Assembly: GCA_040754475.1 (NCBI GenBank) | Contig: JBFMCN010000033.1 | Location: 1 to 45,325, forward strand | Source: Actinomycetota bacterium | GTDB lineage: Bacteria > Actinomycetota > UBA4738 > HRBIN12 | Direction: 5' to 3' | Length of the DNA: 45,325 bases | In this document: positions 29,071 through 37,366 of the stretch, one piece after another | How positions within the stretch are numbered: the first letter of the stretch is position 1 | Layout of the letters: the number at the start of each line of letters is the position of its first letter | Made by a program: the position numbers and the translations under genes | Notes under the pieces: generated by a model | The model's database searches: none | What the model saw: only the letters and a program-made list of their open reading frames with translations | What the model was told of the DNA's origin: nothing

Positions 29071-29985
29071 ATGCCGAAGAAGGTGCTGCTTGCGGCCCCG
29101 AGGGGCTACTGCGCCGGGGTCGAACGCGCGGTGGCGGCTGTGGAGCAGGCCCTAGCCGAGCACGGAGCACCCGTGTACGTGCGCAGACAGATCGTCCATA
29201 ACGTGCACGTCGTCCGGGACCTCGAGCGAAGGGGAGCAGTCTTCGTGGACGACGAGAAAGAGGCCCCCGAGGGCTCCGTCCTGGTGCTCTCGGCCCACGG
29301 CGTCGCGCCGGAGGTCTACGAGAACGCGAGCGCGCGGCGGCTGCAGGTCCTCGACGCGACGTGTCCACTCGTGACGAAGGTGCATCTTGAGACGCGCCGA
29401 TTCGCCGGCACCGGGCGGACGATCCTGCTCATAGGCCACGCGGGCCACGAGGAGGTGGTGGGCACGATGGGTCAGGCCCCCGAGCGCACGATCCTCGTCC
29501 AGTCGGCGGAGGATGCTCGAACGGTCGACGTCCGCGACTCCGCCGACCTCGCCTACGTCACGCAGACCACGCTCTCGGTGGACGAGACGAACAAGATCGT
29601 GGAGGTGCTGAGAGAGCGGTTCCCCTCAATCCAGGGGCCGCCGCGTGAGGACATCTGCTACGCGACTCAGAATCGCCAGGACGCGGTGAAGGAGATCGCC
29701 AGGCGTTCCGATCTGGTGATCGTCATCGGCTCGCGCAACTCCTCGAACTCGAACCGCCTGGCCGAGGTCGCCCGCGAGCTGGATACGCCGGCGCACCTCG
29801 TGGACGACGAGACCGAGGTCGATCCGGTCTGGCTGCGCGGAGCGGAAGTCGTTGGGGTCACGTCCGGGGCCTCGGCGCCGGAACGGCTCATCGAGCGGAT
29901 GCTCGCGTTCCTGGCCGAGCAAGGCGCGACCGTAGTGGAGGAAGTCCGCCAGGCCGAGGAGCACGTCCGCTTCTCCAACGTCTGA
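29071..29985 (+). CDS. ispH: 4-hydroxy-3-methylbut-2-enyl diphosphate reductase
   Basis: [37 protein letters not shown] and TSGASAP motifs. Confidence 0.97.
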   Translation: MPKKVLLAAPRGYCAGVERAVAAVEQALAEHGAPVYVRRQIVHNVHVVRDLERRGAVFVDDEKEAPEGSVLVLSAHGVAPEVYENASARRLQVLDATCPLVTKVHLETRRFAGTGRTILLIGHAGHEEVVGTMGQAPERTILVQSAEDARTVDVRDSADLAYVTQTTLSVDETNKIVEVLRERFPSIQGPPREDICYATQNRQDAVKEIARRSDLVIVIGSRNSSNSNRLAEVARELDTPAHLVDDETEVDPVWLRGAEVVGVTSGASAPERLIERMLAFLAEQGATVVEEVRQAEEHVRFSNV

Positions 29986-30030
29986 CCTTAGGGACGTGCT
30001 CCAGCCCAGGGCGGCTCTGATCGCCCGGTG

Positions 30031-30594
30031 CTAGCCCCAGCCGGAGAACTGGTCCGTGTCGCCCTCGAACTCGGGAAGCGCAGGGATGGCCACCGACGTG
30101 CTTGTTGTCTGCACGCCGGGTATCGACTGGATCTGGTCGAGGACTATCGGTGCGGCCCGTTCCCACGGGAGCGGGATCTCGGCGAGCACGTCCCAGTCGC
30201 CCGCCACGACCGCCACGCCCGAGATTGCCTCGAGCTCGCCGAGGGCCTCGACTATGCCGGCGATCGACCCCGCAGCGGCTCGGATGTGCACGTAGCAGGC
30301 CTCACCTTCCTCCCGGTGCATGGGGGTGGGGATCGCCCATCCGCCGCCGTGGATGCTGAGTATGTCGAGGGGCACGACGGGCGTCGTGTATGACCTCAAG
30401 ACACCCTCGATCGGCTGTATGAGCCGCAGGACCGTGTTTGCGACCGCGTTGAAATCGGCGGCCTCGAGGGCGACCATCACGTCCCAGGCGCCGACGACCG
30501 CGGCAGCGCTGCGGACACCGTGGCCTCCCCTCAGGGCGATGATGACGTCTTCTACCTTTCCCGGCGCCACGCGGAGGTAGACGTAGGCGTCCAC
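30031..30594 (-). CDS. Protein of two tandem Lrp/AsnC ligand-binding (RAM-like) domains, no HTH
   Basis: Duplicated AYVYL...VVGAWDV...IQPIEGV / CYVHI...VAGDWDV...IQSIPGV. Confidence 0.8.
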   Translation of the reverse strand: MDAYVYLRVAPGKVEDVIIALRGGHGVRSAAAVVGAWDVMVALEAADFNAVANTVLRLIQPIEGVLRSYTTPVVPLDILSIHGGGWAIPTPMHREEGEACYVHIRAAAGSIAGIVEALGELEAISGVAVVAGDWDVLAEIPLPWERAAPIVLDQIQSIPGVQTTSTSVAIPALPEFEGDTDQFSGWG

Positions 30595-30638
30595 ACGAGC
30601 AGGCTAGGTGAGCGTGGAGTCCGGGGCAAGGAGGCGCG

Positions 30639-31838
30639 TCAGTTCGGTTCAACAGGGGGCTGTGAGGCGCGGCACAACCCGTCGAGCTCTTCTGCGCCCT
30701 CCTCGGGGCCGATCGCGACGATGCGATCGCCGGTTTGGAGCGTGAACAGACCACGGGGCCGGTAAACCCATCTTCGTCCCCGCTGTACCGCAAGGACGAA
30801 CATCCCCGTTTCGGTCTGGAGCCGGAGCTCGCGGAGCGACCGCCCCTCGGCCTGCGAGCCGGCCTCGACCAGTGTCTCAGCGCCCGTTTCCTCCGTCTCT
30901 TCGAGGGCCATCTGGATCACCGGGTGAGGCTCCTCGCCGTGCTCGACGTGCCACGTGATGTCGCGCGCCGCGTCGCAGATCGACTCGCTGGCCGCGGCGA
31001 GGCGCAGGAGCCCGCGAAGATCGTCGGGGTTGCGGGCCTCCGGCGCCGCCCGCAGGACCCATGATTCGAGCTCGTCGTGGAGGATGTCGCTCCGCGCCTC
31101 GAGCGTCTCGACCTCGGCGGCAAGGGCGCGGTCGTTGAACAGCAGCGAGGAGTAGGCGAGGCCGACCGCCACCTCCGCGACGTTCTTCATCTCCACGAGG
31201 ATGTCCACGGCCCGGTCGAGCTCGGAGAGCGGCGGGCCTTCGCTCTCCGGTGACGGCGGGAGCGGCGGCGCGCCGGCCACCTGCCTGATGAGGTTCACGC
31301 CCTCCTCGGGGCCCTGATACACGAGGACGTCGCCTTCGGAGATGATGCTCTCCGGCCCGGGGTCGAACTCCCAGTCACGGCCCCGGCGGATGGCCAGGAG
31401 CCACATCCCCGTCTCCGTCGGCAGCGAGAGATCGCGTAGCGAGCAGCCGCTGCCAGGCGCGCCCTCCCGCACCTTCACGCGGCCGGAGACCTCGTCGGCG
31501 TGGCGAAGGTCGGCGCGGAGCTGGTTGGGGATGCCGAGCTTGGCCTCCACGACCCGCGCGATGTCCGAGGCGGCGTCCCCGATCTGGTCGATGGCCGCGG
31601 CGATCCACAGAACGCTTTCGATCGCCTCGGCGTCCTCGGGGCTGCGAGCGGCGAGGATCGCGAGTGTGCGGAGCCGCCGCAAGTAGCCGTCCATCCGCTC
31701 CTCGAGAGCCTCCACCTCGTCGGCCAGGTCTTCTTCGTTGAACAGGACCGCCGCGTAGGCCATGTCGATGAGCAGCTCGGAGGCATCCTTGGCCTGGACC
31801 AGGAGCTCCTTGACGTTGCGGGGTTCGTCGTCAGCCAT
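30639..31838 (-). CDS. Duplicated PhoU-domain + TrkA-C (RCK_C) protein
   Basis: Two halves, each with a helical unit (AYAAVLFN / AYSSLLFN) and a TrkA-C unit (SLRDLSLPTETGMWLLAIRRG / SLRELRLQTETGMFVLAVQRG). Confidence 0.85.
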   Translation of the reverse strand: MADDEPRNVKELLVQAKDASELLIDMAYAAVLFNEEDLADEVEALEERMDGYLRRLRTLAILAARSPEDAEAIESVLWIAAAIDQIGDAASDIARVVEAKLGIPNQLRADLRHADEVSGRVKVREGAPGSGCSLRDLSLPTETGMWLLAIRRGRDWEFDPGPESIISEGDVLVYQGPEEGVNLIRQVAGAPPLPPSPESEGPPLSELDRAVDILVEMKNVAEVAVGLAYSSLLFNDRALAAEVETLEARSDILHDELESWVLRAAPEARNPDDLRGLLRLAAASESICDAARDITWHVEHGEEPHPVIQMALEETEETGAETLVEAGSQAEGRSLRELRLQTETGMFVLAVQRGRRWVYRPRGLFTLQTGDRIVAIGPEEGAEELDGLCRASQPPVEPN

Positions 31839-33066
31839 GCGCGTTCACGCCGAACAGAAGGATAGCCGCGACCAGACAAAGCGTGCCCGCGAGATCCATC
31901 ACGGAGGAGCTGATCGGGATGCCGTGGTTGTCGGGATCGAAGCCGAAACGGTACGCCGCAACGGCGGTGTAGTAGGCAACTGCGGACGAGACGATGGTGG
32001 CGAGGAACCCGGCCGTCAGGCTGATGCCGAGCATCGTCGGCAAGCCCGGGCTCGTCCTGCCGGTGAGATCGCTCACGAGCTCGGCCGAGAGACCGACCAT
32101 GAAGAACACCGATACCGAGAACAGGAAGTTGATGGAGATGTCCACCCACGCGAGCGGCTCCGGGAACGGCTTCGGCTCGATGACGCCCAGGTGGAGCTTG
32201 GAGGCGAGCCGCGAGGACAGGATGCCCGACAGCGCATTCGTGTCCTCGAGGAAGGGGGGCACCAGGATCAGGAGCGCGGGGAAGGCGATGAAACGCTCGA
32301 TCCTGGACTCCAGGACGGTGCCGGCGAGGATGTCGACGACGCCGGCGACGAACAGCACCGGGACGGACTCGCGGACGATTCTGCGTGTGATCGGCAGGTT
32401 GGTGACGAAGCCGCGGACGATGGCTCCGAGACAGACGAGCGCGGCGGCTACTCCCACCACGACCGTCAGGTAGCGGATCTGCGCGAGGTAGGAGGCCGCC
32501 CACAGTGCCGGAAGCGTGGCGATGTCACCGATCGCCGTGACGAGCGGAGCCGAAACCGAGTCCAGGTCCCATGCCCGTCGCTGTGACCAGACGGCGATCG
32601 CCACCGCCGCCGCGCCCACGACGATGGAGCCGAGGACGCCTCCGATGATCGAGATCACGACGAAGCCCCACACCGAGATCGACGCAAGTCCGAAGCCGAG
32701 CGACACGAGACGGGCCGCCGCGCCGAGGAACAGCGACGTGGCGAGTGTCAGGAACGTGGCCGCCGCGACGTTCTGTCCCAGGAAGCTGCCGCGCTTCATC
32801 GAAGCCTCGAACTGCCCCGAATGCATCCCCGTCCCGAGGCGGGAGCCCAGAGCTCCAAAGATGTTGCCGCGCATGCCGATGGCGGCCGGAATGAGCACGA
32901 TAAGACCGGGGAGGCGCTGGAGCGAGTTGGTCATGAACCCGAGTGCGAGCCCGGCTAGGAGGTCTCCCCCCGAGCTGAGGAAGAGCGCGACGAAGCCCTG
33001 GCGGAGCGTGCGCTGCTCAGCCCGCCAATAGGCCCACAGGCGCCTGGCACGACGTGGGAACGCCAT
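31831..33066 (-). CDS. MgtE/SLC41-type divalent cation transporter, two membrane repeats, no CBS domains
   Basis: PAAIGMRGNIFGALGSRL / PPFLEDTNALSGILSSRL and DLDSVSAPLVTAIGD / DPDNHGIPISSSVMD repeats; overlaps the next gene. Confidence 0.85.
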   Translation of the reverse strand: MAFPRRARRLWAYWRAEQRTLRQGFVALFLSSGGDLLAGLALGFMTNSLQRLPGLIVLIPAAIGMRGNIFGALGSRLGTGMHSGQFEASMKRGSFLGQNVAAATFLTLATSLFLGAAARLVSLGFGLASISVWGFVVISIIGGVLGSIVVGAAAVAIAVWSQRRAWDLDSVSAPLVTAIGDIATLPALWAASYLAQIRYLTVVVGVAAALVCLGAIVRGFVTNLPITRRIVRESVPVLFVAGVVDILAGTVLESRIERFIAFPALLILVPPFLEDTNALSGILSSRLASKLHLGVIEPKPFPEPLAWVDISINFLFSVSVFFMVGLSAELVSDLTGRTSPGLPTMLGISLTAGFLATIVSSAVAYYTAVAAYRFGFDPDNHGIPISSSVMDLAGTLCLVAAILLFGVNAHG

Positions 33067-33189
33067 AACGGAACGGCCATCGCTCTCTTCTCGCTCACGG
33101 ACGGGACCTCATGGGACCCCAAGGGCCCGTGGCAGTATGCGCCGTCCGACCAGAGGTGGACAACCCGGGGCTGTATCGTTGATGGACTC

Positions 33190-33384
33190 GTGAGAAGGTT
33201 CCTGGGTTCGCCAGGCGGCTGGTTCGTCCTGCTGATCGTGGAGTGTGCGGCGCTGTTCGTCCTCGCGCGCGGACTGATCCGCCTGTTCCCAGACCATTCG
33301 ACGGCGGTCTACCGGGGAATCGTCGGAGTCGCGATCGTCCTTGCGGCGGGCAACTACGTGGTTCGGCGCCGCTACCTCTCCTAG
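33190..33384 (+). CDS. Small hypothetical membrane protein (2 TM)
   Basis: 64 aa with two hydrophobic helices and an RRRY tail; fills an intergenic gap. Confidence 0.6.
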   Translation: MRRFLGSPGGWFVLLIVECAALFVLARGLIRLFPDHSTAVYRGIVGVAIVLAAGNYVVRRRYLS

Positions 33385-34037
33385 CCGAGCCCACCCACCA
33401 CAACGCGTTCGGCGAAGGCGGCGACACGGTCGGCGACCTCGTCCTCACGACGCCAGAAGAAGTGGTCCGTGCCGGCCACGATCTCGACCTCCGCTGCAGA
33501 TAGACGCGACGCGAGGAGCTCAAGCTCCGGACGAGGACAGAATGCGTCGCCCTCTCCTGAGAGCAGCAGCACGGGGCGCCGGAACATGCGGAGCTCGGAC
33601 GACGAAGGGATCGGCGGCATGTTGGGGGCGGCCCCGCCGAGAGGAAGGCCGACGAGGGCGAGAGCGGCCACCCGCTCGTCTTCCAGCGCCTCACGCAGGG
33701 CAACGTTGGCCCCGAAGGACCACCCGCACGTGATCGTTGGTCCGACCGCATGCTCTCGGACGAACGTGATCGCGGCACGAACGTCGTGGATCTCGGCCCA
33801 CCCACCGCCAAAGGTCCCGCCGGATCTCATCACCCCCCTGAAGTTGAATGTGAGTACGGCCAGTCCCCGCTCGGCGAGAGCGTTTCGGATCGACCACAGC
33901 AGCGGGTGGTCCTTGCTGCCGCCGCCTTGCGGGAGCGGGTGGCAGAGCACGGCGGAGCCGCGTCGTGCGGCGTTCGATTGACGAAGCTCGCCCTCGAGCG
34001 AGATACCGTCGTCGGTGCTGAAGCGGACTGAATCCAC
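33381..34037 (-). CDS. Alpha/beta hydrolase
   Basis: LCHP.PQGGGS, FNFRGV, nucleophile GWSFG, GEGD and DHFF. Confidence 0.9.
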   Translation of the reverse strand: MDSVRFSTDDGISLEGELRQSNAARRGSAVLCHPLPQGGGSKDHPLLWSIRNALAERGLAVLTFNFRGVMRSGGTFGGGWAEIHDVRAAITFVREHAVGPTITCGWSFGANVALREALEDERVAALALVGLPLGGAAPNMPPIPSSSELRMFRRPVLLLSGEGDAFCPRPELELLASRLSAAEVEIVAGTDHFFWRREDEVADRVAAFAERVVVGGLG

Positions 34038-34048
34038 CAGGTGGGACG

Positions 34049-34592
34049 ATGGTAGTGCAGATGGACGGCACGCCGGCGGATGGCTCGGGACGGGTGGGAT
34101 TCGCGCTGCGGGAGGCCCTGCCCTGGCGTGAGCTGGTGCAGGTAGTCGAAACGGGGGAGCGGACCGGGTACGAGGCGGTATTCGTGCCCGAGATCGCAGG
34201 ACGCGAGGCGTTCGCGACGCTGGCCGGCCTGGCGGTGCACACCACGGTGCTTCGGCTGGGGACCGGCGTCGTGACCGCCGTGGCTCGGGGCTTGTCGGTC
34301 ACGGCGATGGGCGCAGCGACCGTCCATGAGCTCTCCGGTGGACGGATGATCCTCGGCCTCGGAACGGGACGCGCCGGGCCGGGTGCTCTCGAGCGGCTCC
34401 GCGGTTCCCGAAGCTCTCGTGGGTCGCACGTGTCTCCAGGGCGAGCCGCGGGAAGCCGCCCTCCGGCTGTGCGCCTTTCGTGACGCCGGCGCAGATCTGC
34501 CGATCGTCTATCCGGTACCGGCGGGGGATGCCCTCCCCTCGATCCTTGGAACGGTCTCGGCGCTGGCGCCGCGCCCGGCCGCAGCGCCTTAA
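34049..34592 (+). pseudogene. LLM-class (luciferase-like) oxidoreductase with internal deletion and frameshift
   Basis: N-terminal motifs GYEAVFVPE, RLGTGVV and LSGGRMILGLGTG in one frame; C-terminal motifs LQGEP...RLCAFRDAGADLPIVYP in another; junction near 34402; central region missing. Confidence 0.75.
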
Positions 34593-34676
34593 CGACCTTC
34601 GACAAGGCTCGGGTTGCGCCTTGCCTCTCGGGTCGTATGATTAACAAGGTCCGCACGGTAGAAAAGGGGAAAACGG

Positions 34677-35006
34677 ATGACCTACACGATCTGCGAGCCT
34701 TGCATCGACGTGAAGGACCGGGCCTGCACCGACGAGTGCCCGGTGGACTGCATCTACGAGGGCGGCAGGATGCTCTACATCCACCCCGACGAGTGCGTGG
34801 ATTGCGGCGCCTGCGAGCCTGTGTGCCCGGTCACGGCGATCTTCTACGAGGACGACGTACCCGCGGAGTGGAAGCAGTTCATCCAGGTCAACGCGGAGTA
34901 CTTCGGAGAGACGGCGAGTGGTCTCGGCTCGCCTGGCGGCGCGGCACAGGTGGGGCCGAGTACGGTCGACCATCCGGTCGTGGCCGGCTGGACTGCGGCT
35001 GGCTGA
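34677..35006 (+). CDS. fdxA: 7Fe-type ferredoxin
   Basis: CIDVKDRACTDECPVDCIY and ECVDCGACEPVCP; actinobacterial SPGGA tail; TATGAT at 34636-34641 upstream. Confidence 0.95.
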   Translation: MTYTICEPCIDVKDRACTDECPVDCIYEGGRMLYIHPDECVDCGACEPVCPVTAIFYEDDVPAEWKQFIQVNAEYFGETASGLGSPGGAAQVGPSTVDHPVVAGWTAAG

Positions 35007-35014
35007 ACCCCGCA

Positions 35015-35058
35015 GCCGACCGATCCCCGGGGCCGACCGATTCTCACGGCCGACCGAT
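35015..35058. repeat. Three GCCGACCGAT direct repeats, 17-nt period
   Basis: Exact 10-mers start at 35015, 35032 and 35049. Confidence 0.85.
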
Positions 35059-35109
35059 CTCGCACATAGGGGGTGGTGCATCCCGGACGGGCGGCGCCTG
35101 GGCAACCGC

Positions 35110-37305
35110 CTAGCCTGCTTCGGCCTGTTCCGCCTCTTCCTTGCCGGCTGGCACCGGAGGAGTCTCCCTACGGCCGTCCGCGAGGAACACCCGGAAAGAC
35201 GCGCCGCCGCCTTCCCTTTCCTCGACCCACGCTCTGCCCCCCAGCAGCTCGGCGAACCTCGCGACCAGCGCAAGGCCCACACCCACGCCCGGCGAGTGGG
35301 CGGCCGCCTGCGGTCCCTGACGGAACGGTTCGAAGATAGCTTCCCGGAGTTCCTCAGGGACGCCGGGCCCGTCGTCTTCGACGATGATGAGCACGCCTCC
35401 CTCTGCAGGCTCGACGCGAACCCACACCCGCGCGTTTGTGGGCGTATGCCGCGCGGTGTTGGCCAGGAGGTTCTCGACGATCCGCTCGACCTTGGCGCCG
35501 TCGACGCTTGCGGTGACCGGCCGTGCCTCAACGTGAACCCGCCCTTCCGAGATCAGATCCGACTCGGCCACTGCGTGCCGCACGAGGGCCCCGACGTCGG
35601 TGGGGTGCAGCTTCGGCTCTACGATCCCGCGAGCGAGCCGGTCGAGGTCCAGGAGGTCGGTGACCATCCGGTCGAGCTTGTGCGCGTTCGTGGCGATCCG
35701 TCGCGCCATGTCGCGAGCGTCGGGGCTCTCCAGTTCCACGTCCTCCCGCCCGAGCGTCAAGGCCAGACCGAGGATGGCGGCCAGCGGCGTCCGAAGGTCG
35801 TGGGAGACGGCTTGGAGGAACGTGTTCTTCATCTCGTCGAGGGTGCGAAGGCGATCGGCCGCCTCTCGCTCGACCTCCAGAGCTCGCTCCAGCTGCTCCT
35901 CCGCTCGCTTGCGCTCGGTGATGTCGAGCATGAATCCCTGCCAGAACCGTGGTGCGCCGTTCTCGTCGCGTACGAGGGTCGCCTCGTCGTGCACCCATAC
36001 CACGCGCCCGTCCTTGGCCCGGAACCGGTACTCGGCGCAGAACGGCTCTCCAGTCCGATTCGCATGGCTGTGGGCTGCAAGCGCCGCCGGTCGGTCTTCC
36101 TCGTCGATTCGGTCTTCCCAGAACCCCACCTCTTCCTGCCATTCCTCCGGCCGGTAGCCGAACATGGCTTCCGACTGGGGGCTGATGTAGAACTGCTTCG
36201 GGTCTCGCACGTCAGGCTCGCGGTAGATCACGACCGGGAGGTGCTCCACCAGGACCTGATACCTCGTCCGGGCCTCCCGGAGCGCCTCCTCGGCGACCTT
36301 GCGCTCGGTGACGTCGATCATCACGCCCTGTCTCAGCAGCGGTTCGCCGGTGTCGTCGCGGAGCAGGACCGATTCGTCGTGGAACCAGACGGTGCGGCCG
36401 TCGGCTGCGATCATCCGGTACTCCATTGCGAACGGTTCGCCGGTCGCGGATGTGCGATCACGCTCGGCGAGGATGGCCTGGAGATCGTCTGGGTAGACCA
36501 GCGTTGGCCAGAAGCCAGGGATCGTCCACCAGGTCTCGGCCGGGTATCCGAGGATCCGTTCGATCTGGGGGCTCACGTAGACGACGGAAGAGCTGGCATC
36601 GCTGCCCTGGGTCGCGAGCTCCTGGTAGGTCACGGCGGGGGTTCGCTCGACGATCGTGCGGAACCTGGCCTCGGCTTCTCGTACCTGCTCCTCGTCCTTT
36701 CGCCGCCGTATGGCGGCGCCCAGGACGGCGGAAGCGGCCCGGAGCGCATCGATCTCGACCTGGCTCCACTCCCGCTCCCGGACGCAGTCGTCGAAGCCGA
36801 TCACCCCCCACCACTCCCCTGACACGAAGATCGGAACCTCGAGCAGCGAGAGGATCTCCTGGCGCTCCAGGATCCCTCGTTCCGACGGTGGGAACTCCCG
36901 GACGTGCCCTTGAACGACTGCTCCACTCCCGAGCACCTTCACCCAACGGCTCAGGCCAGCGGCCTCCCAGGGCAAGTCCCGGAGCGTGGGGTTGTCGATC
37001 TCCGGCCGAATCCCTTCGGCCACCCATTCCCAGCGCTGACTGCTCCGCAGCGTCCCGTCGGGTCCACGGTGGTTCTGGAACACGTACGCGCGGCTGGCGG
37101 AGGTCGCGAGGCCGAGGCGGCGGAGGACCTCCGGGACGACGTCCTCCCACGCGTGCTCTTCGAGGAACCGCTGCGCGGCGAAGGCGACCGCTTCGAGTGT
37201 GGCGTCGCGACGCAGGGCCGCCTCGGCCCTCGCCAGGGCGCTGACGGTCGTGCCCAAGCTTGCCGACTCTGGGCGCGGGAAACCAAGGCCACCGTGCTCG
37301 GCCAC
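35110..37305 (-). CDS. Cytoplasmic GAF + two PAS sensor histidine kinase
   Basis: GAF (VPIFVSGEWWGVIGFDDC), two PAS/PAC units (YVSPQ...EYR...DGR.VW.HDE), SHDLRTPL H-box, NLLANT and GVGVGL. Confidence 0.93.
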   Translation of the reverse strand: MAEHGGLGFPRPESASLGTTVSALARAEAALRRDATLEAVAFAAQRFLEEHAWEDVVPEVLRRLGLATSASRAYVFQNHRGPDGTLRSSQRWEWVAEGIRPEIDNPTLRDLPWEAAGLSRWVKVLGSGAVVQGHVREFPPSERGILERQEILSLLEVPIFVSGEWWGVIGFDDCVREREWSQVEIDALRAASAVLGAAIRRRKDEEQVREAEARFRTIVERTPAVTYQELATQGSDASSSVVYVSPQIERILGYPAETWWTIPGFWPTLVYPDDLQAILAERDRTSATGEPFAMEYRMIAADGRTVWFHDESVLLRDDTGEPLLRQGVMIDVTERKVAEEALREARTRYQVLVEHLPVVIYREPDVRDPKQFYISPQSEAMFGYRPEEWQEEVGFWEDRIDEEDRPAALAAHSHANRTGEPFCAEYRFRAKDGRVVWVHDEATLVRDENGAPRFWQGFMLDITERKRAEEQLERALEVEREAADRLRTLDEMKNTFLQAVSHDLRTPLAAILGLALTLGREDVELESPDARDMARRIATNAHKLDRMVTDLLDLDRLARGIVEPKLHPTDVGALVRHAVAESDLISEGRVHVEARPVTASVDGAKVERIVENLLANTARHTPTNARVWVRVEPAEGGVLIIVEDDGPGVPEELREAIFEPFRQGPQAAAHSPGVGVGLALVARFAELLGGRAWVEEREGGGASFRVFLADGRRETPPVPAGKEEAEQAEAG

Positions 37306-37366
37306 GTCTCGACCATTATCGGCTGGTAGGAGCGGTGTTTGAGCCGCGCGAGGGCGCGCCGGCGGC

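Noticed and set aside
29940-29985. IspH C-terminus looks a few residues short (ends FSNV)
   Set aside because: All catalytic and cluster motifs are intact; within plausible natural variation.
33067-33189. Possible metal or fluoride riboswitch upstream of the MgtE-like gene
   Set aside because: No M-box, yybP-ykoY or complete fluoride consensus recognised; a covariance-model search would be needed.
35015-35058. Mini-CRISPR interpretation of the 17-nt-period repeats
   Set aside because: A 10-nt repeat with 7-nt spacers is far too short, and there are no cas genes.
34918-36822. 634-aa plus-strand ORF
   Set aside because: Antisense shadow of the GAF/PAS kinase.
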